Source of the DNA: Fidelibacterota bacterium
Lineage (GTDB): Bacteria; Fidelibacterota; Marinisomatia; Marinisomatales; JABMOV01
Reading direction: 5' to 3'
NCBI GenBank assembly: GCA_046861395.1
Contig: JBHHUC010000030.1
Span: 1 to 25,113, forward strand
DNA: 25,113 nucleotides
Shown here: one piece after another, positions 8,872 through 18,183 of the stretch
How the letters are laid out: each line of letters starts with the position of its first letter
How positions within the stretch are numbered: position 1 is the first letter of the stretch
Notes under the pieces: generated by a model
Databases searched by the model: none
What the model saw: only the letters and a program-made list of their open reading frames with translations
What the model was told of the DNA's origin: nothing
Program-made: the position numbers and the translations under genes

Positions 8872-9905
8872 ATCGGCTTGGCACAGCGGCCCTGGTGCTG
8901 CTGCTTTCAGGCTGCAGCCAGCATACCGGGACCATTCCACTGACCATTTTACAGGACGGACTCTATGATTCGGCCTATCCCTATACTGATGTGGCCCACC
9001 AACTGGACCGCGTATCGCAATCCGTCCTGAAAATCTATTTCACAGCCTTCTATGACAATTATTTCTTCGCTGCCTCCGACCGCATTACCCGTGATCAGGC
9101 CCTGGACGCCATAGACGCCGGCCGCTATGAGAAAAAGATATCATTCAATCGTTCCAGCTTCGGTACGGCCACTGTCATTGCCAATGCCGGAGCCGCCTCA
9201 CTACTACTTTCCTGTGCCCACATCGGCAATTTCCCAGATACCATCCGCACCTGGTTTGCCGGGGAAGCCGGGATTTCCGATTACCTGGAAAGCATGGCCA
9301 TCCGGACCCGAAGTAATTTTTTCGTGGATGATAACACACTGAAGGGGAATCTGGAATTGGTCGTCCATGACCTCGAGCGGGATATTGCCCTTTTCGGTCA
9401 CCGCCAGAGCCGCAATGAAGCATTTCCCGTACCCATTTTCCCTTTTCCCTTCGGCCGCATGGATAATGTGACCTGGGGCAGTCTGGTCTACATGATGGGC
9501 TATCCCATCGGGCATAAAATGGTGACCCAGTCCCTGGTCAGTCTGGATGAGGATGACGGCGACAATTCCTTCTTAGTGGATGCCCTGTTCAATAAAGGAT
9601 TCAGTGGCGGGGTGGTCCTGGCGGTGATGGACGGGGTGCCAAATTTTGAGCTGGTGGGCCTGGCCAAATCCATTTCGGCCCAGACCGACTATTATCTGGC
9701 CCCCGATTCCCGGGATGTGATGCATTACAGTACCAATCCCAATGCCTATACGGGGAAGGTGTATATCGTCCCCAAGCGCAGCCTCCATTACGGCGTAACC
9801 TATTGCGTGACGGTGGATGCCATCACCGATTTCATCCGTAGCAACCGGGACGCCATTCTGGACCAGGGCTATCCTGTGCCGTCCCTGGTGAATCTTCAGC
9901 CCTGA
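8868..9905 (+). CDS. Trypsin-like (S1) serine protease lipoprotein
   Basis: Lipobox LSG|C at Cys16. Catalytic-triad-like motifs LLSCAH (His), RDIAL (Asp) and NKGFSGG (Ser), plus the GYP motif. ATGA overlap with yjbQ. Confidence 0.8.
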   Translation: MNRLGTAALVLLLSGCSQHTGTIPLTILQDGLYDSAYPYTDVAHQLDRVSQSVLKIYFTAFYDNYFFAASDRITRDQALDAIDAGRYEKKISFNRSSFGTATVIANAGAASLLLSCAHIGNFPDTIRTWFAGEAGISDYLESMAIRTRSNFFVDDNTLKGNLELVVHDLERDIALFGHRQSRNEAFPVPIFPFPFGRMDNVTWGSLVYMMGYPIGHKMVTQSLVSLDEDDGDNSFLVDALFNKGFSGGVVLAVMDGVPNFELVGLAKSISAQTDYYLAPDSRDVMHYSTNPNAYTGKVYIVPKRSLHYGVTYCVTVDAITDFIRSNRDAILDQGYPVPSLVNLQP

Positions 9906-9951
9906 CGTTTATGGTAGCACTATCATTTTCCCTTGATAACGCTGCGCCCGA

Positions 9952-10734
9952 TCATCCCGACTTTTCCTCCCGCTTCACCTCATCCCAGATGGCATCCATG
10001 GCTACCAGGGACGCTTCTTCGATGGGTATGTCCTGTTTCCGTAATTCTTCTTCCACCCGTTTGAAGCGGCGCAGGAATTTGGCATTGGTTTTCCGGATAG
10101 CCCCTTCGGCGGAAATGTTGAAAAAACGGGCCAGGTTGACGATGGCAAAGAGGACATCACCGATTTCTTCTTCCAAATGGGGGCGGTTGCCGGCTGCTTC
10201 CGCTTCCCGCAATTCGGCGATTTCTTCATGAATCTTTTCCCAGACCTGTTCCACCCGGTCCCAGTCAAAGCCAACATAACTGGCTTTTTCCTGGAGACGC
10301 TGGGCCCGCACCAATCCCGGCAGGGCCGGCGGAACCCCATCCAGACGCGAATGGCGCTTTTTTTCCTTATGCTTTTCCGCTTCCCAATTCTGCTTGGCAT
10401 AGAAGGCCGATTCGGCCTGCTTATCGCCGAATACATGGGGATGACGTGTAATCATTTTCTGGATGACAGTATCGAGGGAATCGGTGAGACTAAACCGTCC
10501 CTCCTCCTCGGCAATGAGGCCTTGAAATACCACATGGAGGAGGATGTCACCCAGTTCTTCCTGGACCGTGGGCCAGGTTTCACTTTCTACCGCCTCGATC
10601 ACTTCATAGCTTTCTTCCAGAAAATACGGCAGCAGGGATTCGGCCGTCTGTTCCCGGTCCCAGGGACAGCCCTCCGGGGAACGGAGAGTACGGAGGGTGG
10701 CAATTAATGTTTCAAAAGATTGACCTTCATTCAT
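9952..10734 (-). CDS. mazG: Nucleoside triphosphate pyrophosphohydrolase MazG (two-domain)
   Basis: LRSPEGCPWDREQT, EESYE, EELGD, RHPHVF, GFDW, EEIGD, NAKFLRRF. Confidence 0.96.
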   Translation of the reverse strand: MNEGQSFETLIATLRTLRSPEGCPWDREQTAESLLPYFLEESYEVIEAVESETWPTVQEELGDILLHVVFQGLIAEEEGRFSLTDSLDTVIQKMITRHPHVFGDKQAESAFYAKQNWEAEKHKEKKRHSRLDGVPPALPGLVRAQRLQEKASYVGFDWDRVEQVWEKIHEEIAELREAEAAGNRPHLEEEIGDVLFAIVNLARFFNISAEGAIRKTNAKFLRRFKRVEEELRKQDIPIEEASLVAMDAIWDEVKREEKSG

Positions 10735-11180
10735 GTTGATCTCGCAACTAATGGTTTCCAGTTCACTGCATCCAATACGGCCTCTTCCCGGGTGCGCATG
10801 GCCGCTTTTTCAGCCTCTGTTTCATCGTTCCAGCCCAAAAGATGCAAGGTGCCGTGCACAATGAGGCGGGCCACTTCCCGGGAATAGGGTTCGGAGAAGA
10901 TCCGGCTGTTTTCCCAGGCCCGGGGCAGGCTGATATAAATTTCCCCTTCCACCGCCGCCTCGGTATAATCATTGAGGCGAAAAGCAATGACATCGGTGTA
11001 CTGGTCCTGGTGAAAAAATTCCTGTTTCAAGTGACGTAAATATTCATCATCGGTATAAATGAGTGTAATCTGAGCCGCGGTTACAGCAGCCTCCGTCAAT
11101 GCCGTTTCCACCAGGCGGCGGGCCGTGACCGCGGCCACCGTGTCCAGGCCCGGCAATGATTCCCATGTCACTTCAATCAT
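10731..11180 (-). CDS. ybeY: rRNA maturation endoribonuclease YbeY
   Basis: TDVIAF, GEIYIS, RLIVHGTLHLLGW, MRTRE. Confidence 0.93.
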   Translation of the reverse strand: MIEVTWESLPGLDTVAAVTARRLVETALTEAAVTAAQITLIYTDDEYLRHLKQEFFHQDQYTDVIAFRLNDYTEAAVEGEIYISLPRAWENSRIFSEPYSREVARLIVHGTLHLLGWNDETEAEKAAMRTREEAVLDAVNWKPLVARST

Positions 11181-13510
11181 GCGTCGCTGGCGTTGTCCTC
11201 CGGCAAGAGATCATCATCGGGATATTCGATACGGATATGGTAAATACCCCGCAGAACGGGCAGCATGCCGTTCTGACCGTCCACCGTCCCCTTGATACGT
11301 TGCAGTTCCGCCAGGGTGAGGGGACAATCATCCAGCTGGCCGTCATTGATGCGCATTTGGATGATTTTATCAATCATTTCTTCAATCTGGATGATGTCCG
11401 GTTGTTTCAGGGAACGGACGGCGGCTTCCACCGCTTCACAAATCATGAGAATGCCTGTTTCCTTGGTATTGGGTTTGGGCCCCGGGTAGCGGAATTGATT
11501 TTCGTCCAAGGCCTCCTCCCCCATGGCCTGCAGGGCCTTATGATAGAAATATTCGGTCCGGGTCGTGCCGTGATGCATGGGAATGAAATCACTCACCACC
11601 TGGGGCAGGCCGTATTCGGAGGCCATTTTAACGCCTTCTTTCACGTGGTTGAGAATAATTTTGGCCGATAAGGTAGGGGTGAGATTATCATGACGGTTCT
11701 TCCCCATGAATTGATTTTCAATGAAATATTCGGGCCGGCTCATTTTACCAATATCGTGGTAATAGGCCCCGACACGGCAGAGCAGGGAATGGGCCCCGAT
11801 GGCGGCGGCACAGGCTTCGGCCAGGTTGCCCACGACTACGGAATGATTGAAGGTGCCGTTGGCTTCATGCTGGAGGCGTTTTAAAAGCGGATGATTGAAA
11901 TCCAATAGTTCCAATAGGGTCAGGTCGGTGGTAATGCCGAAGCCGATTTCCAAGAGTCCCACCAGGCCGTAGGTAATGATGGGTGCCAGGACACTGACCA
12001 CCAGTAAATAGATTACATCCATCTGGAGGGAAGCGATGGGAACACCCTTAAAGAGGCCCAGGCCGCCGACCATGATGACACTGGCCAGGATGAGGGCGAA
12101 AATGGTCGTAAACAATTGACTGCGGGTACGGAGTTTCCGCACATTATACATGGCAATGGAAGACGTGAACAGGGCCACCACGGCAAAATCCATATTATTG
12201 CCGATCATGATGGCCGTCAGGATTGAAATGGTGACGGTGGCCATGAAACCGATGCGGGCATCGAAGAGAATGGTCAGCACCATCCCGGCCACCGTGACAG
12301 GAATCAGGTATTCATGGAGACCGAATTTGCTGTAGAACAGGTAGGCCAGAATAATGATGGCCAGAATAATGAGGGAAATGAGGAGAACAAATTTGGGCTG
12401 GGCGTAGATGTGGCTGCGATAGACGATGAGGAAGGTGAAGAAAAAGGAAATGACAATGCCGATGATAAAGAGGCGTCCCAGATAGGCCAGGATTTTTTCC
12501 GACTGTGTATTCCGTCCCTGGCGGCTGCTTTCGGCCAGGGCCAGGGATTCCAGTTTCAACATTACATCATCGGTGACACGCATGTTGGCATCGATGATCC
12601 GTTCATTCTTGAGCACCGTGGCTTGGAAACGGGGCACCATTTTAATGGCATCCTCCTGGCGTCGCTGGGTGGTTTCAACGTCATAGATAAGGTTAGGTTT
12701 CATCTGGCCGATGAAGAGGCCGTCCCAGAGAATGCGCCGAATATCCTGCTCATCCTGATAAAGGGTGGCAAATTCCTGCGTCGCCTTCACCCGGGCCGTG
12801 GCCAAGTCCTGGAATTCATCGGGTGAGGTCGTAATGGGAATGCTGTCCTGGTGGATGATTACTTCATTGCTGATAATCTTGTCCAGGGGAATATTGTAAA
12901 TTCCTTCGGCCCAGCGGCCCTGACAGATGCGCAGCACCTGATTGGCATATTCATCCAGATCAATATTGAGGTAACCATTGGAGCCGGAAACAAATTTCAA
13001 AAGCTGTGTTTCGTCTCCCACAAAAAGGTACGTTTCTTTCAGGCGTTTGAGTAGATTGGCATGGAGGGTGGAATCGGCCACAAAATCGGCGCGGGCTACG
13101 GGATATTCCGGTTCATAGCGGTAACGATAGACCAGGTCTCGGGAGACATCCAGATCCGCTTCCGCTTCCCGGATCCGCTTGACCAGGGTGAAGAATTCTT
13201 GGATGGCAGCCGACTGCTGGTCCACCACCGTCTGATCCCGGTGAAAAACAAAGGGCACGGAACGACGGGCCTGGGCCAGATCCTGTTCATATTTTTCCGC
13301 TGTCTTTAAAATGGGAAAGGTGTAGGGGGCGATGATGGGTTCCCGGGCAATATCATTCAATTTATAGGAATATTTCAGCGATTGACCCGAGGGGAAAAAG
13401 AATGATACCAGCAGGACGAGAATCAACAGGATGCCAGATTGCTGGCCGAATTTCACGGTGACGCTGTGAAATTGATTGCGAATCGTCTGTCCCAGGCTGA
13501 ATTGCTTCAT
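11177..13510 (-). CDS. 7TM-HDED/7TM/HDIG phosphohydrolase (PgpH/YqfF-like, putative cyclic-di-AMP phosphodiesterase)
   Basis: N-terminal TM, large extracytoplasmic domain, about 7 TM helices, then GTFNHS, AYYHDIGK, YFIENQ, HVKEG, HHGTT, FRYPGPKP, VEAAVRSL, DGQLD and HIRIEYP. Directly upstream of ybeY, as for yqfF-ybeY. Confidence 0.9.
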   Translation of the reverse strand: MKQFSLGQTIRNQFHSVTVKFGQQSGILLILVLLVSFFFPSGQSLKYSYKLNDIAREPIIAPYTFPILKTAEKYEQDLAQARRSVPFVFHRDQTVVDQQSAAIQEFFTLVKRIREAEADLDVSRDLVYRYRYEPEYPVARADFVADSTLHANLLKRLKETYLFVGDETQLLKFVSGSNGYLNIDLDEYANQVLRICQGRWAEGIYNIPLDKIISNEVIIHQDSIPITTSPDEFQDLATARVKATQEFATLYQDEQDIRRILWDGLFIGQMKPNLIYDVETTQRRQEDAIKMVPRFQATVLKNERIIDANMRVTDDVMLKLESLALAESSRQGRNTQSEKILAYLGRLFIIGIVISFFFTFLIVYRSHIYAQPKFVLLISLIILAIIILAYLFYSKFGLHEYLIPVTVAGMVLTILFDARIGFMATVTISILTAIMIGNNMDFAVVALFTSSIAMYNVRKLRTRSQLFTTIFALILASVIMVGGLGLFKGVPIASLQMDVIYLLVVSVLAPIITYGLVGLLEIGFGITTDLTLLELLDFNHPLLKRLQHEANGTFNHSVVVGNLAEACAAAIGAHSLLCRVGAYYHDIGKMSRPEYFIENQFMGKNRHDNLTPTLSAKIILNHVKEGVKMASEYGLPQVVSDFIPMHHGTTRTEYFYHKALQAMGEEALDENQFRYPGPKPNTKETGILMICEAVEAAVRSLKQPDIIQIEEMIDKIIQMRINDGQLDDCPLTLAELQRIKGTVDGQNGMLPVLRGIYHIRIEYPDDDLLPEDNASDA

Positions 13511-14667
13511 ACGCTCGGGGTGATGTCCTTGATGATTTCCCGTTTAATGATAAGGCGCTGGATTTCGCTGGTGCCTTCACCTATTTCCAGGACTTTGGCA
13601 TCGCGAAAATAGCGTTCCACATCATACTCCTTCACATAGCCGTAGCCACCGTGAATCTGGATGGCATCGGTGGTCACATCCATGGCCGTTTCACTGGCAA
13701 AGAGTTTGGCCATGGCGGCTGTTTTTACCACATCCCGGCCCTGATCCTTTTCCCAGGCGGTATGAAAGACCAGCAATTTGGCTGCTTCGATGCGGGTGGC
13801 CATATCGGCCAGCTTGAAACCCACGGCCTGGATATCACAAATGGTTTTACCGAAGGCTGTCCGTTCCGTGGCATACTGCAATGCTTTTTCATAAGCCCCC
13901 TGTGCTGTACCTACCGCCAGGGCCGCCACCGAAATGCGTCCCCCGGTGAGGGTCTGTAAAAAGGTTTTAAATCCCCCCGCCGCCGATCCCAGAGTCTGGT
14001 CGGCCGGAACGATGACATCTTCAAAAAAGAGTTGTCGTGTATCGCTGGCCCGCCAGCCCATTTTCTTTTCCGGCGGCATGATCTTCACCCCCGGCGTGGT
14101 GGTGGGAACGATGAAGGCACCGATGCCCTTGTCCTCTCCATCTTCCTGAACCCGGGCCGTGAGATTTAACAGACCGGCATAGCCGGCATTGGTAATAAAC
14201 ATTTTGGAACCGTTGATACGATAATGATCCCCTTCCTTCACGGCCGTGGTCTTGGTGGCCCCGGCATCACTGCCGGCCGACGGTTCCGTCAGGCCAAAGG
14301 CGCCCAGCATGTCCCCCGAGGCCAGGGGCGGGACGAACCGTTGTTTCTGTTCTTCCGTGCCGGCCAGCACAATGGGCATGGTGCCCAGGGAGGTATGGGC
14401 CGCCAGCGTAATGGCCACGGAAGCATCGACCTTGGCCACTTCCATAACAGCGGCGGCATAAGCCACCATATCCATGCCGGCTCCACCGTAGGCTTCCGGC
14501 ACGGGAATGCCCATGAGACCCAACTGGCCCATGTCCCGGACCAAATCTTCCGGGAAGGTGCCGGTTTCATCCATATCCTGAGACCGGGGAGCAATTTCAT
14601 TCCGGGCAAAGTCCCGGACCATGTCCACCAGCATCCGGTGTTCATCCGTAAAAAATAAATCATCCAT
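13507..14667 (-). CDS. Acyl-CoA dehydrogenase (short/branched-chain-like)
   Basis: [52 protein letters not shown], and [10 protein letters not shown] carrying the catalytic Glu. Confidence 0.95.
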   Translation of the reverse strand: MDDLFFTDEHRMLVDMVRDFARNEIAPRSQDMDETGTFPEDLVRDMGQLGLMGIPVPEAYGGAGMDMVAYAAAVMEVAKVDASVAITLAAHTSLGTMPIVLAGTEEQKQRFVPPLASGDMLGAFGLTEPSAGSDAGATKTTAVKEGDHYRINGSKMFITNAGYAGLLNLTARVQEDGEDKGIGAFIVPTTTPGVKIMPPEKKMGWRASDTRQLFFEDVIVPADQTLGSAAGGFKTFLQTLTGGRISVAALAVGTAQGAYEKALQYATERTAFGKTICDIQAVGFKLADMATRIEAAKLLVFHTAWEKDQGRDVVKTAAMAKLFASETAMDVTTDAIQIHGGYGYVKEYDVERYFRDAKVLEIGEGTSEIQRLIIKREIIKDITPSV

Positions 14668-14738
14668 TCGGTGCTGATTCCTTTACGTTTTCCACTTGAG
14701 AAGTTACCTAATAATTTTTTCTTCCGGCCGGGAAAAGA

Positions 14739-17186
14739 TCAATCATTCAGGAAGAAAAGCGCATTGGCCATGAAGCCCTTTGCGCCGGTGAGGAAGCCGC
14801 GAAACAGGGGACTGTCAACCAGATAGATGACCGTGCCCCGACCCTGGGGTTCCACGCCGAAGATGAGGGCTTGTATCATATCCCGCCGGGCGGCGGATCC
14901 TACAAATCCGCTCACAATATCGGTTTCATCCTGCATGACGCCTACATTCCAGCCGCTTTTCAGCCAGGCATATCCCACTCGATTCTGTTTCAAAAGATAG
15001 GCGGTGGTATCGTAACCGAAGGCCAGGGGATGGGTGGGATCCAGATGGATGCGGATCATGGCCCCGAAGGCCTGCTTCGAAACGCGATCACGGTGGCGAT
15101 CGCCGTATCGTTTCCGCGGCTGCTCTGGTGCACCGTCATCCTCCTCTGCCAGCCGCGTAAGGGCAAATCCTTCCTGACCGGCCACATCCTCCAAGGCGCT
15201 ACCCAGGACCAGCAACGTGCCGCCCGCCTGGACCCAGGTTTTCAGTTCCTGAACGGTGTCGTCGGCGAGGCCACCGCGACGGCGGGCCGGCAGGATGAGG
15301 ACATCATAGTCGGTCAACCGCAGATAATCTGACATGAGAACGGTGAGGGGATAGGCCAGATCCTGTTCAAAATAATACCATACTTCTCCCAAGGCCATGG
15401 CCGAACGCTCTCGGCCTGCCAGGACGGCTACGGTGGGCGGAATAATGACACGATAGGCCGAAGAGCCGAAATCCCGGCCCCTTTCCACCTGTCCCCCGGA
15501 CAGGGAATGGAGGGCAAGTCCGACATCATTGGCCGCTGCCACCACCACCGAATCGAACCAAGCCGTCCGGTGGTTATCGTCTCGCAGGAGAATAAGACTG
15601 CCTCGACCGAAGGTGGTTTGATCCACGGTAAACGGTTCGGTGGCATAGCGCAGAATGACATCCTGTTGTAGGAGTGTGGTTAAGAAGGTGACAGCCGTCG
15701 CATCGCCCCAGGACACGGCATACCCATAGGGATGATTCGTGGGCCAGGACAGTTCGGGGAAAGGAAAAGCGGTCAATTTCACCGATTTATTCAAGGCCCA
15801 GGCCGAAACATTATAGACGTATGGCAGGGCCCAGGCCGTTAAATCATAGGTGAGCGAATCGTGGAGGGTAGTTTCCGCTTCCATGAGAATACGCACCAGG
15901 GTGGCCTTGGGCTGGCGGGCGGGAATGACCATATCACCGGGTCGGGCCGTAACCGATTCGACCTGGTCGGTGGCATAATGCCGGCCCTTTCGTTTCTGGG
16001 TTATCGCCGGGGTGCCGTATTGAATTTGATTCGCATCCAACCACCGGGCCAGCGATCGCAGGATGGCAGGTTTGTCACTCCGGAGCAGGTAGGCTCCGTC
16101 GGCGTCTTCCGTTTGAAAATAGGCGGAAAATTCCTGGAGTATCTTTCCCCGCCGGCCGGAAACGGTGGCAATGGTCGTAAGGCCGGTGGCCGTATGGTGT
16201 GCCAGACGATCTTGGAGCCTCAGGGTGTCCCCTGTTTCGGTTAACACGGCTCGTCCGGCGCGGCGGCCACCGGCTTGTTCATACGTCATACCCACGGCAC
16301 CCTGGAACATGGGATAGGTGTCGCCATAACCGGGATAGAGGAGATCAAATTCTTCCCGTGTGAAGTAGCGCCAGCCCTCGGTATCAAAGCGGGCGGCATT
16401 GGCCTGGCCGATCTGTTTTTCCAATGCCTTTTGCCAGGGCGTGATGGCTTCATGGTATGGTTCGGCCGCCGGGGCGAAATAATAGGGTGCATTTACCCCC
16501 TGTTCATGGAAATCCACATGGACCTGGGGCAGCCAGCGATTATAGAGTCGGTTGCGGGCAACACTTTCAGTCTGGGTCTGCCAAATCCAGTCCCGGTTGA
16601 GATCGAAATAATAATGGTTGCTGCGGCTGCCGGGCCAGGGCTCACGATGTTCCCGGCCGGCCGGTGCTACGGCGGGGTTGATGTTTCCTGCCCTGCGCTG
16701 CCAGTTTACATAGCGCTCCCGCCCGTCGGGATTGGCACAGGGGTCGATGATAACGAAGACACTGTCCAACCAGGAAGCATTTTCAGGTTGGATTAAGGCA
16801 TAGAGGGTGGCCAGGGCCGCCTCCGATGAATTGGCTTCGTTGCCATGAATATTGTACGTCAGCCACACCACGACCGGATCCTGGGCCGGGGCGGTGCCGG
16901 GTCTGAGGCCGGTGCGTTGTAATTGATGAGCCTGAATCTCGTCCCGTCGCTTGAGATGGGCCGGAGACGATACATACGCCACCATGAGGGGCCGGTGTTC
17001 ATATGTTTCGCCATACGTTTCCACTGCCACTCGGTCGCTGGCGGCCGCCACGGCAGTAACATAGGCAACAATCTGTTCATGGGATGTAAATCGCTCTCCC
17101 AGGGGATAACCCAGGAATTCCTCCGGCGACGGCGGCGTGCCAGCCGTGAGGAGAAGGGGAATCAGAAGAAGGACGAAAAATCGCAT
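14739..17186 (-). CDS. Exported M14 zinc carboxypeptidase with C-terminal GATase-like domain, 815 aa
   Basis: Start reassigned to ATG 17186 (signal peptide MRFFVLLLIPLLLTA, 4 nt after the fabH stop). Zinc and substrate motifs IHGNE, NPDGR, RSNH, DLNRDW, DFHEQ, MTYEQAG. Confidence 0.9.
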   Translation of the reverse strand: MRFFVLLLIPLLLTAGTPPSPEEFLGYPLGERFTSHEQIVAYVTAVAAASDRVAVETYGETYEHRPLMVAYVSSPAHLKRRDEIQAHQLQRTGLRPGTAPAQDPVVVWLTYNIHGNEANSSEAALATLYALIQPENASWLDSVFVIIDPCANPDGRERYVNWQRRAGNINPAVAPAGREHREPWPGSRSNHYYFDLNRDWIWQTQTESVARNRLYNRWLPQVHVDFHEQGVNAPYYFAPAAEPYHEAITPWQKALEKQIGQANAARFDTEGWRYFTREEFDLLYPGYGDTYPMFQGAVGMTYEQAGGRRAGRAVLTETGDTLRLQDRLAHHTATGLTTIATVSGRRGKILQEFSAYFQTEDADGAYLLRSDKPAILRSLARWLDANQIQYGTPAITQKRKGRHYATDQVESVTARPGDMVIPARQPKATLVRILMEAETTLHDSLTYDLTAWALPYVYNVSAWALNKSVKLTAFPFPELSWPTNHPYGYAVSWGDATAVTFLTTLLQQDVILRYATEPFTVDQTTFGRGSLILLRDDNHRTAWFDSVVVAAANDVGLALHSLSGGQVERGRDFGSSAYRVIIPPTVAVLAGRERSAMALGEVWYYFEQDLAYPLTVLMSDYLRLTDYDVLILPARRRGGLADDTVQELKTWVQAGGTLLVLGSALEDVAGQEGFALTRLAEEDDGAPEQPRKRYGDRHRDRVSKQAFGAMIRIHLDPTHPLAFGYDTTAYLLKQNRVGYAWLKSGWNVGVMQDETDIVSGFVGSAARRDMIQALIFGVEPQGRGTVIYLVDSPLFRGFLTGAKGFMANALFFLND

Positions 17187-17190
17187 GGCA

Positions 17191-18183
17191 CTAAAAGACC
17201 AGGGCCGCCGAAGCCCAGGTAAAGCCGGCCCCGAAGGCCGCCAGAATGATGGTATCACCGCGGGTGAATTTCCCTTCGGCATAGGCTTCACAGAGGGCGA
17301 TGGGAATGGAGGCGGCGGTGGTATTACCATATTTATGGATATTGGAATACACCTTATCCAACCCTACATTCATGCGCTTGGCCACGGCCTGCGTAATGCG
17401 CAGGTTGGCCTGGTGAGGAATGATGAGTGTCACGTCCTCCACGGTAAGATCGTTGGCCGTAAGGGCTTCTTCTATCACTTCGGGAAAGCGGCGTACGGCA
17501 TGGCGGAACACTTCCCGGCCGTTCATGCTGGGGTAGTGCAGGCCGCGATCCAATTGTTCATGACTGAGGCGGGGATGATGGAGGGAAGCCGGACCTTCAC
17601 ACCATAATTCTTTCAAATATTTTCCTTCACTATGGATATGGGTGGAAAGGATTTCCCCTTCCCCGTCACTGGGCTGGAGGATGGCGGCGCCGGCGCCATC
17701 ACCGAAGAGCACGGCAATATCCCGCCCGGCGGTGGATATGTTCAGGGCTGTGGACTGGACTTCGGCGCCGATGACCAGGACGGTATCGGCCTGGCCGGTT
17801 TTGATGAATTGATCGCCGATGCTGAGGCCGTAGATGAAGGCCGAACAGGCCGCCTTGATGTCAAAGGTGCCCACGGTACGCAGGCCCAGTTTCTCCTGGA
17901 GCTGGGGTCCGATGCCGGGGAAGAAATAATCGCTGGTGAGGGTGGCGGCCACCACCAGATCGATGTCCTCCGGCCTGACACCGGCCATGTCCATGGCCTG
18001 CCGGGCCGCCGTCACCGATAAATCTGAGGTGCCGATTCCCTCCTCCACCCAATGGCGTTCCTTGATGCCGCTGCGGGTGGTAATCCATTCATCGCTGGTA
18101 TCCATCCATTGGGTTAAATCTTCATTGGTAATGATGCGGTCCGGGACGTGAAAGCCGATCCCGCTCAGCCGTGTTTTTTTCAT
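17191..18183 (-). CDS. fabH: Beta-ketoacyl-ACP synthase III
   Basis: DTSDEWITTRSGIKER, AACSAF (Cys), FGDGAGA, MNGREVF, PHQAN (His), GNTTAASIP (Asn), AFGAGFTW. Confidence 0.96.
   Translation of the reverse strand: MKKTRLSGIGFHVPDRIITNEDLTQWMDTSDEWITTRSGIKERHWVEEGIGTSDLSVTAARQAMDMAGVRPEDIDLVVAATLTSDYFFPGIGPQLQEKLGLRTVGTFDIKAACSAFIYGLSIGDQFIKTGQADTVLVIGAEVQSTALNISTAGRDIAVLFGDGAGAAILQPSDGEGEILSTHIHSEGKYLKELWCEGPASLHHPRLSHEQLDRGLHYPSMNGREVFRHAVRRFPEVIEEALTANDLTVEDVTLIIPHQANLRITQAVAKRMNVGLDKVYSNIHKYGNTTAASIPIALCEAYAEGKFTRGDTIILAAFGAGFTWASAALVF

Noticed and set aside
9906..9951. Terminator between the convergent protease and mazG genes
   Set aside because: Only a weak ATGGTAG/CTATCAT stem with a 2-nt loop; not convincing.
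17187..17330. 48-aa N-terminal extension of the M14 peptidase given in the ORF track
   Set aside because: It overlaps the 3' end of fabH and is Pro-rich; the real signal peptide begins at ATG 17186.
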